Shown here: positions 28,108 through 38,150 of the stretch, piece by piece
Numbering within the stretch: position 1 is the first letter of the stretch
Layout of the letters: each line of letters starts with the position of its first letter
Source: Euprymna scolopes
Lineage: Eukaryota
DNA: 64,000 nucleotides
Assembly (NCBI GenBank): GCA_053919585.1
Contig: CM132791.1
Reading direction: 5' to 3' (one strand)
Position numbers and translations under genes: made by a program
Notes under the pieces: generated by a model
Told to the model about the DNA's origin: nothing
Seen by the model: the letters and a program-made list of their open reading frames with translations, nothing else
Databases searched by the model: none

Positions 28108-28860
28108 CTGTCAAGTCCCTGCGTTTTGACAGTGATATCATAATACTACCAGCAAATAAAGGCAATGCTGCAGTGTTAATGGATAGAACAGAATATTCCC
28201 AGAAATTGGCAAATTTAATAGAATCTGGTTGCTACTGTGAAGTGAAAAACAATCCGACTTTGAAAATGGAAAGGAAACTGTAATCGAATCTTCAGTACGG
28301 ATAAGGACCTAATACCACCTGCAAAATGCAGACAGCAGGTACAACATTACAGCAAGTTACCACACATATACAAGCTCCCTAATTTCTACAAGGCCGGTAT
28401 TCTATTCAGGACCATTGTCAGTGGCCAGGTTGCGGCTTGCTATCCATGCAGCTGATTCCTGGTAGATATAATCACGCCAATCATCCGCAAATCTCCATCA
28501 TACGTGAAGAATTCCGCTGACTTCGGGGAAATAATTAACAATGCTCCCGTTTATTCTAACCAGAAGGTTAGTCAATATGTAGTGAGTCTGTTCGCGAACG
28601 TAGCCACTGACGAAACTCTAACACTGCTACGTGATAAGCGGACATCTGATGACCCATTGAAGGAACGCACCTACATCCCAATAGAGATATTGACATTCTG
28701 TGTAGAAACTACGTACTTCGTGATGGGATCTGACATATAACGGCAGGAAGAAGGTCTGGCGATGAGTTCATAATTGTCCCCAGTACTGGCCAATGCATAC
28801 ATGAGCTACTTTGAGGAGATGTCATTAGAATAAACACCACTAAAGCCAACAATGTGGTTG

Positions 28861-28919
<59 letters not shown>

Positions 28920-29831
28920 ATACATTTTTACTCTGGCCCCATAAGGAAGATGTCCATTGCTAGATTATGGGAACTATCCAACTATACACTTCACGATGGA
29001 AAAAGAACATGATAATAATTTATCCTTCCTAGATATGCTGATTACCCGCTCTGGTCTCGGGGTTATGTCATATGTATACGGAAAGCCAACTTTCACTGGA
29101 CAGTACCTAAACTTCAACTCCTACTTTTCATAAAATGTAAAGAAATGAAATCGGACATTGCTACAACACCCAGCAAAAGCAATATGTAGTAACAACAGTG
29201 CATATCAAGTGGACAGGATAAGAGAAACACTTCACCAAAACAACTAGCCAGATAGCATGGCATAAGCCACAGGATATCTGGCCAAGACACAAAAAGACAC
29301 CACTCAGAAACTTACAACGGTTTGTATACCATATATGAAAGACATGTCTGAAAAACATCAACGAATATGTAATCCATATGATATCAGTAAAGTATTCAGG
29401 AATGATTCAACTCTCCAGAAACAGCTTGTGAGAGTCAATACTCCTACAGAAAAAAAGTCATGACTAAGAACTGTGTATATGGAATCCCATGTAAATGCGA
29501 AAAACTATTCAAAGGTGAGACGTGTCGTCAAACCTTTGTTACGGTTAGAAGAACAGTACCGTTAGAAGATCATTACGGTTACAAGAACATTGAAAAGCCG
29601 TAGTACGAGGAGAGGTTGAAAAAATCAAATATAGCTGACCATGTCTTGAAGGGAAAGGGAAGTTATCTACCATTATGGGATGAAATAAAAATCATAGACA
29701 AAGGGGAACGGTGAAAAGTAAGATAACTCAATGAAGCAGTACACATGCTGGAGAATAACCAATTATTAAATAAGTATGTAATACGATACGGAAACCATTA
29801 ATGATTAACAGTAGATAATATATACAAGTAA

Positions 29832-29835
<4 letters not shown>
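28108..29835 (+). mobile_element. Penelope-like element (RT + GIY-YIG endonuclease), 5'-truncated and dead
   Basis: IIILPANKGNAAVLMDRTEY, SYVKNSADF, VVSLFANV, WLRY..., FTMEKEHDNNLSFLD and KNCVYGIPCKCEKLFKGETCR motifs, with stops and frameshifts. Confidence 0.92.
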
Positions 29836-29900
<65 letters not shown>

Positions 29901-31552
29901 TAATACAGTCACGGGAAACGTATGTTTTTAAGGAAAACAAAATTCTACGAATACAAACTAAACAGCATCATCCGCAGGTTTAAAAACTACCTTCCCCACT
30001 CCCTATCCCTCACTCAAGAAGAGTAAGGAGCTTTCTAAATACATCTGTTGCTCGTTACTTACCCTGTATGTAGTAATAATTAGTAATAACAATTGATATT
30101 TACAACAAGAATTAAAGTAGGTTGAAGACTCCTAAAATTTGTATCAAACGCAGTGGTTAGAGTACTTGAAAAATTAATTGTAAAAGTGATATTTTGAAGA
30201 TTGAAGGTTCAATCCTCAGTGTAGGTAACCGAAAAATATAATTGCAAATTACGCAGGACATCTATCTGAGGGAACAAAAGAATGCTACCTGAAGTAAATA
30301 AAGAGTTCCGCACGAAATTACGTCCAAATTCCCGAGTTCGAAAAAAAAACATTCCTCGACGATACATCGGAAGAAGGTCCGAGGTTAGATCGATCGAAAC
30401 GTTGTGAAAATCACACTCCAAATGAGAACAGTAGTTCGAGGAATTCAAATAATACGAATAACTAATCCTCATCTTAAAACTTCAGAAACGTAATAATTCA
30501 TAATAATGACTGTTTAGTCGAAGCTAAAGTGTTGATGTGTTATGCCAGCATGTACATTAGCCATTATCATACAGGGTCATTAAAAAGTATATACTTATTA
30601 AATGTTCGGAAATATGTGTAAGTCCGAATTCAATATGGACGCCAACATTCAATACTTGATTTTTAAGCTGATTTAAACTCGTTTCAACTGAATCTAAAAA
30701 AGGAGTTAAACCATACCAATGAGTAACCAGCTATGAAAGGTGTATAAGTATAAAGCTTAATGATTTGCTAATGATGAATACAATGAAAGGATTTTAAAAC
30801 CATAGCTAGAAGCTAAAACCAGATCCAAACAATTGGTGACCTAATAAACATCAATTTCTCAACTTTTGGAATGGTTGACAGATAAAACGGAAGTCATGGT
30901 TAGAAGTCTATCCACCATTTTGATCGTTCATGCGATTGCCAGATTGCTTGAATAACTTATAGCAAATCCTGCCACCTACATGTTCTTCTACGTATAACCC
31001 CATGCTATCCATATTCTTATATTTTTTTAATATTATTTGAATTATGTATCAGTAAAACTAAATATTACCAAAATATTTTGTAATCACATTCTCTATAATG
31101 TATATTTTCCAGTCAATCTTCGACGTTTATTCACCTCTTTTTAATGAAATATTTCAGTTTACATTGAATAAAAAAATATTTGTATTCTTTTTAGTAAACG
31201 TTGTATTTTATAAGTATGCGTAAATTTCGAAATATCTATTTTAGACGTGGTTTCATATTAAAAAAAAAAAAGAAAGAAAATGCCTCAGATGGTTGGGATC
31301 ATTAACTTACTATACGATTGTTTTCAGACAAGCGGCGACAGGGTTAAGAGGCACTGTGCATTAGCGGCCTCTTTGAAGTGAGTTTTATTATTTCTGTAGC
31401 AATTTGAAAAAAGTTCAACAGTAAAAAAAAAAAAAAAGATGTGAAAAATATTTAAACAAAACCCCAGAAACCTCACATGAAATTAAATTGAATAAAAGCT
31501 TTTAAGACAAGGATGAGATATAATAAAACTAACGAGGCCAGTCTCGAGGATG

Positions 31553-31554
<2 letters not shown>

Positions 31555-31596
<42 letters not shown>

Positions 31597-31614
31597 CATC
31601 ATCATCATCATCAT
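31555..31614. repeat. (GAT)n/(CAT)n head-to-head microsatellite
   Basis: (GAT)n switches to (CAT)n at GATC 31594-31597. Confidence 0.95.
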
Positions 31615-31858
31615 GATACAGAATAGAATAAGATAAAAAAAACGGGAAATAGAACAATACGGACAACACAGAATGCAAAGATAATGACCCCCCCCCCAAA
31701 AAAAGGAAAAAAATCTAAAAAAAAAAAAAAAAGAAGTTAGGATGAAGATTCCTGTGTTAACTGTATACTTATTACCATCATGCTCTGCAAAACACTGGTC
31801 AATCTAACGTCAAGGGGATGAGTTCCATATAGAAATGTTGATTTAATTTTAAGAAAAT

Positions 31859-32036
31859 AAAATACGCATCAGGTTCGCTTGAAAGCCAAATCACAACGTA
31901 ATATCAGGAAAATAAACAAATATTTTACTGGTTTGAAATTTATAACATATAATAAATTTCACACAAGTAAAATATTTGTTTATTTTCCTAATATTACGTT
32001 GTGATTTGGCTTTCAAGCGCACTTGATGCGTATTTT
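31859..32036. repeat. Near-perfect palindrome (~85-bp arms, 8-nt loop)
   Basis: aaaatacgcatcaggttcgcttgaaagccaaatcacaacgtaatat...gaaatttat-aacatata-ataaatttc...atattacgttgtgatttggctttcaagcgcacttgatgcgtatttt. A single partial arm also occurs at ~9790-9875. Confidence 0.92.
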
Positions 32037-32281
32037 TTTTATACTGGTCCAACTATCTTTGTGAGAAAAAATCTTTCAATGTGATTTCATTCATGGTATT
32101 TAGGCGGAAGTCTTATAGTAGCTTCCTTCAGTTATGAAAGACTATGTAAGGGTGCGCTCGCTTGAAATATTGTGTGACAAGAGTTGCGCAATCTCTAACC
32201 ACACCTCTCCTTAATCGGCATTGCCAAATGGGAGTGGCAGGTTCATAACGACTGAAATCAATGCCGACATAAGCGGAGAGC

Positions 32282-32387
32282 AGATACAGCGCCTATAATT
32301 CCCAAATTGTAACCCATCTAAGCCTAACGTTGCTTAACTTCGGTGATCTGACGAGAACCTGTATGCTAACGTGATTATGGCGTATGC
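32282..32387 (-). pseudogene. 5S rRNA-derived sequence (SINE3-like head or 5S pseudogene)
   Basis: Reverse complement gcatacgccataatcacgtt...ggttctcgtcagatcaccgaagttaagcaacgt...gatgggttacaatttgggaa...gcgctgtat aligns with animal 5S rRNA, with an internal deletion. Confidence 0.85.
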
Positions 32388-32389
32388 AG

Positions 32390-32700
32390 TATGGTAATAA
32401 TATGTTTCAGCGTTCTGTAATGCTGTAGTGCTTCTTATAGGCTTCATGAATGTTAAAGTTTCTTGACATACAGCGTATGATGCTGGGAGTCTCATTACAT
32501 GACCAAATAATGCTAGAATTTACCGATGTATAATACTGGTGCATGTTTTGGCATCTGTGCATTATAGACGTCTTTATCCGTAACTGCCCTGGGTTAGACG
32601 AGTTGGGTTGGTAGTTTGTCTCAGAAAATTTCTTTTAAAAGCATCGATGTTTTTTTTAAAATATTTTACCCAATATCTACATTTCTGAATTGTACATTAA
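32390..32700 (-). mobile_element. RTE-clade LINE ORF C-terminal fragment
   Basis: Translates as NIDAFKRNFLR...ALFGHVMRLPA. Homologous to 41410-41705. Confidence 0.65.
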
Positions 32701-33474
32701 GATGGACCTGATGTAAGTCGTAATTACTGTCCGTTTAATGATTGAAGAAAGCGAAAGAGTAAACACAAAGTAAACGGTGCTAAATACGTGAACACCTTAA
32801 CATGAAATGAAAGCAGAAAATTATTTTCAAATAAAAAAAAAACAACAGTAAGGATTAAGATTAACAATCTTATAAGAAAGAAAATACTCGTCACAGTTGA
32901 TTTTGGTGAATTCTCCGGTCTGCAAGTAGTTCGATTTTGTTCCGATACAATAGAGGCTTGCGCGTTATGTCAAAGAACACACCCAGGGAAGCTATGCATG
33001 GACTGGTGCCTTATAAGATGCTATGCGAGTGAATGAGTTGGCCAAGTTGGATACCCCGCTAATAAAAGAACATATTCTTCGTTAGTCAGGCACGCCCAGA
33101 AATAGTGTACGAAGGAAATTAACAAAAAAATAGATAACAAAGTGTTGATATGAATAAACTGTTCAATATTCATTGATTTTCATGGTTATATTTCTTTCAA
33201 TTCTCATGCCTGTAGGACGACAATGTATTGGTTTTGATATTATCCTTTTTATTAACTGCAATATATATTCGTACGGAGTAATTAAATTATGATTAAAACA
33301 GAAGTAAACTATCCAAAATATTTATTTAACAATATTTATAACACTTTGGTCGATGTAAGCACAGATCTTCTTCAGGTCTATATTCTCCAACTTTGGAATC
33401 TTTCTGTCGAACTCAGAAATGGCACTTAATTTGGAACAGAATTCTTTATTCAATCCTAACGGAGTAGCATTTTT

Positions 33475-33625
33475 TTTTTTACACAGTGATCACCACATAT
33501 CAAGGCCCGGAAGCCACTCAGGGATAAGGGTTATTGCAAGTACATTACGTTAGTGAGGAGATTTGCTGAAGTGTTTACTTAAGGGGGCGGTTCATTAGGA
33601 ATTTGTTAACATTGGACTTGAAAGC
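33475..33625 (-). mobile_element. CR1-like LINE extreme 3' end
   Basis: Poly(T) plus family 3'UTR; nearly identical to 43585-43735. Confidence 0.85.
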
Positions 33626-33979
33626 ATGCTCTCGTTTTATCAGCAATGCCTGGGGAGATATCCTAAGTAAATCCGCAAAGACTCATAGCGTAGTGGATAA
33701 TGTGCTTTCTAAAATTGTAAAGTACACTCTTCTGGGGGTTATAGGTTCAATCTTCAAAACGGGCATCTCTCAAAATGCAATTACGAATTACTTAGAATGT
33801 CTACACAGTTATGGTTGAAAGATTTAATGCAGAGGTCTGTTCGCAATTTAGCGGAGTTGCCGGGTCCTAAAGAAGGTCTGAGGTTACATCGACAAAAACC
33901 TTGTGAAAATAACTTTCAAAATAAAAGTTCAGTATTCAGAATAATAAGTATAACACAAATTAGCAATCCTTATCTAAGA

Positions 33980-34089
33980 ATATACGGCATAATCACGATG
34001 ATACACCGCTAGATCACGGAAGGAAAGCTGCCTTAAATCTGGCCAATAATAAAATAGATGACGATTTGGTAATACCACGTGCTGTATGT
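33980..34089 (+). pseudogene. Diverged 5S rRNA-derived sequence
   Basis: atacggcataatcacgatgatacaccg...agatcacggaagg...gatgacgatttggtaataccacgtgctgtatgt shares diagnostic variants with the copies at 32282 and 41291. Confidence 0.65.
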
Positions 34090-34182
34090 GCTCCGAGCTG
34101 GAGAGGGATGGGCGCCGCAAGGCCATTCTGCATGAGATAATGAAGCGCCCCCACTACCTTAGACGGTTAAGGGATACGTCCA

Positions 34183-35419
34183 TCTATATATATATAAAAG
34201 CGAAAATGTATGTGTGTGTGTGTGTGTATGTATGTTTGTGTGTCTGCTAAAAAACATTTGACAGACACAACAAAAATTCACAAACTTGGTCTCTTATGAA
34301 AGCTCCACCTTCCGGACGACAAATATCGAAAAGTCGGCCCAAAGTGACCATCAGAAGTGCGTCAACTGATCAATTGTCTGTAAGGGGGGGCAAAAAGTGA
34401 CATTTTAATGTTAAACATTACATATTTTTAAATCGATTTACAACTGCCCCCAAAAATACGGCCGCCAACTCTTATACATAAAGTATACACGCGGCCATTT
34501 ATTTTGGGTCAACTTGTGTTTAAAACCCGCTGAGTCATGTCACGTGATCTTGACGTCAGCAACCTCTAATGGCCGTCGGAATTTACAATTTAAAAATGTT
34601 GTTATCGGCAAAAAAAAAATTAATTAAAGCTGAACTATGAACTTCTACGCTATGGCAACGTTACCAAAGTTATTACCACATTCAAAATAGGTAGATACGA
34701 TAGTTAAACAAATAATAAAGTAAAAAAAAAGTGAAGTAAAAAAACAAAATACGCTTACAAAAAATATTAACGATCGAAGTTTTTTTTTTAAATAAAAACA
34801 GCCAGACGCTATTTTCCAGTCTTTAGAGTAAGGCAGACGAAATGAGAGAGAGAGAGAGAGAGAGAGTGTGTGTGTGTGAGAGAGAGTGAGAGTGAGAGAG
34901 AGAGTGAGAGAGATGTCTAGACAGATTCGACAGGGGGGAGGGTCAACAACGCATGCGTCGGATGACGCCATGACGTCGTGACCTGATTTACTTTAAATAG
35001 TTGATAAACCGACCATACTTTATATACGCCGCTTTAGCGCAGGTAGTTAAGGGCTTGGTTCAATATCTAAACGTTTTGGGTTCGAATCGTGGTGTGAGAT
35101 GGATTTTTTTTTTCGATTTTTTAAATTTAAATATTGAACCCTGTATTATTTAAGCCATTTTTCACGTAACGTTCGTTCGTTTGCCTTACGTTATTTTTTT
35201 TGTGTTTTACCCCCCCCCGCTTAATTAAAACGTTGTTTTCTTTTCTTACTTCGCTTATAACAATGCTTACATCGTCATCGTCGTCGTCGTAACGCTCGAC
35301 GACTTTCAAACATCTTTCACTTTCAGGAGTTCGGCTTCGATCCTACCTCCCGGCTTCTTTTTTATTTAACACCACACACCCCTACAAACACCCGGGCAAC
35401 GCCGGGTATCCCTCGCTAG
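34183..35419 (+). mobile_element. Non-autonomous Helitron-like element B (~1.24 kb)
   Basis: 5' end A|TCTATATATATATAAAAG followed by (TG)n. 3' hairpin CCCGG-GCAACG-CCGGG then CTAG|T. No TSD. Confidence 0.85.
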
Positions 35420-36128
35420 TCTAAAATAAATCAGAAACTTTCTCTTTAATATTTTATGTTTTATATTATTTAAATCTAACACATTCGATGGGTTTTGGCG
35501 AACGTAGCTTAAGGCAAAAAAATGACAATCAGATATTACGCCAAGAAGAACAAAATTTCTCTCTCCAACGCTACGTTTCATTTCAAATTTTCAGCCCATC
35601 ACGCGACTTCCTATACACGAAGCTTTATTCCTATTCTTTAATTTGTAAAGGATTCTTCCACTTATCTGTTTGCTTTAACCTTATATGAAAAATACATGTA
35701 TAACATTATTTTTACACCTCTGAAGCAAGATAGCTTCAAGATCCTAACGTTATGTTTCTGTGAAAGGCATTTCCATCATATATTTTATAGAAATAGTTTA
35801 ACCCTTTTTGAATGAAGTCGTACTCGTTACTTGAGAAACGAAAACAATCAGTAGCAGCTCAACGCTTCTAAAAGAGAATACCAGAAGTCCGAACAAAAAA
35901 GTAAGAGAGAAACAAAAAGAAAAAAATTAGAAAAGAAAAGCAGATATAAATAAAACATCGACTCAGCAGAAACGATCAAAGACTTATAATAATATCAACA
36001 CAGATGAGTCGCCCGTCCTTCCCTCCCGAACAAACACATAACAAAGCCCTAAACACGAAATAAGACTTCATTGAATAAATCTACGTTGCCACTTAAATGG
36101 CAACAAAATATTGACTCACACCGGTTCA

Positions 36129-36590
36129 TACAAGGGTTATTCAAAAAGTAAAGCCTCCTATTTTTTTAAAACTTAAAATGTCGAAGAACTACGGAAATGA
36201 CAGTTGTACCATTTATAAAACAGTCAACCTAAACGTCCCGAATAAATTTTGAATATATGAATGAATTATAGCATAATACGAGGGTCGTTCCAAAAGTAAA
36301 ACCTCCTATTTTTTAATCTCAAAATGTTGAAGAACTAAGAAAATGACAGTTGGACTATTTATAAAACAGCCAAACTAAACACCTCGAACAATATCTGAAT
36401 ACATGCATAAATTATAGCATAATATGGAGTCGTTTAAAAAAAAAGAAAAACGTCATATTGTTTTTAATTAAGAAAAATTGAAGAGCTATGAAATAGGACT
36501 GGTACCATCAAAACGAATTGTTTAGCAGAAGTTATTTTTCTACATTGTCACAACCGTTTTCTATGCACTTTTGCCAGCGATGAACAATAG
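36129..36590 (-). mobile_element. Mariner 3' end with tandemly triplicated ~147-bp TIR-containing terminus
   Basis: TIR-like TACGAGGGTCGTTCCAAAAGTAAAACCTCCTATTTT at 36276, with variants at 36129 and ~36423. The minus strand of 36530-36587 encodes VHRWQKCIENGCDNVEK*. Confidence 0.8.
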
Positions 36591-37179
36591 TACTATATGG
36601 GCATCCGGTTAATTTCACAGAAACACTGTTATCAAAAGCATACTTGCCTTTTTGTCTAATCACCTTGTAATAAGCCAATAAACTAGAAATATGACAAGGG
36701 TAATATCTGATATGTTTAAATACCTACGAGGTGGCTTTATAAGTTTCCGCATGTTTTTCATGTGAGCAAGTTTATTGAGTACATATATGAAACTCTATTC
36801 CACTAGTACTTTCAGCCTATAATATCCGTTGCTTGTATCAAAAGTAGATTACCTTCCCTTGCATGCTTCTCAGGCGTAACCAGATGTGTTTGAGGTAACT
36901 GATCACTCCATTTTCGCTATGAGAATCAATTTATCGTATATTCAATTAAATTGTTAGCTTAAAATGTAAAATATTTACCTTGATCTCTTTTAGGAATACA
37001 TTTACTAACGTTGATTATTTTTGTATTGTCGTGAACTTTTCTAATTGTGAAAACAACATTATCACATAAATAATAAGCTAATTAATCATCGTTTGGTGAA
37101 ATTGGCAAAAACAAATTTAGTATGTGGAAAAAGAAGATATATTTTATATAAAATGTTTCGCATTATTAAATAATACTTT

Positions 37180-38150
37180 TTTTACACAGGCATCAACACT
37201 TATCAATGGTTCGGAGGCCACTTGAGGATAAGGGTAAATGGCTATACATTATTCAATGTGATTATAGCGTAGTAAACATGAGTAGTGGAATTTTTGTAAT
37301 TTGGATTACTTAGGGGGACGGTTCATCAATAACTTGTTTACGTTCGACTTGAAGAAAATCAGATTGTAGTCAGGTGGAAAGCAGGCAAATAGAAGAGAAT
37401 TTCACAGACATGTAGTTCTGAGAAAGAAGCTTTGTACATGGAATCTACATTTAGGTTTAAGCACAGATAAAAGTGTGGGAAACTATTGATAGTGGTTTTG
37501 GCTAGACGGGTGTTTTTCGTGAAAGTTTGGCGAGTGGAGACCATAGATTGAAGCTCAGAAAGGTACCTCCCATGGAAATAACCATAAAGAGAGAGAGAGA
37601 GAGAGAGGCTAGGGCGTCTCTTTTGTGGGAAAGAGGTTGCAGGGAAGAGACAATTGCATACCCTACTAAACTACTGTCTATTTTGAACTCTGTCAATCCA
37701 GCCCCTGCCCAGATGTGACAACAGTACTTCATTATTGGCCATACCTGGATTTTATATAGGAAGAGAATTGCATCAAGGGTGAGATATCTACTGGAGCTGT
37801 AGAAGGATGCTACCATTTTTCCAGTGGCCTTGGCAATGGATTTGATATATATGTTCCATTTCAGATTATGGGTAAGATCAAACCCAGAAGCTTGTCAAAA
37901 CATGAAGTCTCCCCAAGACGAATGCCATTAATTTTAATTGATGTCAGAGGAGCATCAGAGCGCTGATGATGTAAAGATAGAAGCTTTGTTTTAGATGCAT
38001 AAAAAGTAATCAAACACCTGCCTCCCCACTGCACCACCTGCCTAAGATCAGAGGAGAGAGAATCAGAGAGAACTTGGTTATTTACGGTCTTTGATGTGCT
38101 ACCATAGGTGGTAGTTTCGTCAGCTAACATGGCATATAAAGAAGACATAG
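37180..38150 (-). mobile_element. CR1-like LINE 3' fragment
   Basis: AMLADETT, LITFYASKTKLL and LYKIQVWPIMKYCCHIWAGA motifs, plus the family 3'UTR. Confidence 0.88.

Noticed and set aside
35028-35100. Functional tRNA gene
   Set aside because: A/B boxes are present, but I could not fold a convincing acceptor or anticodon stem, and it lies inside a Helitron-like element.
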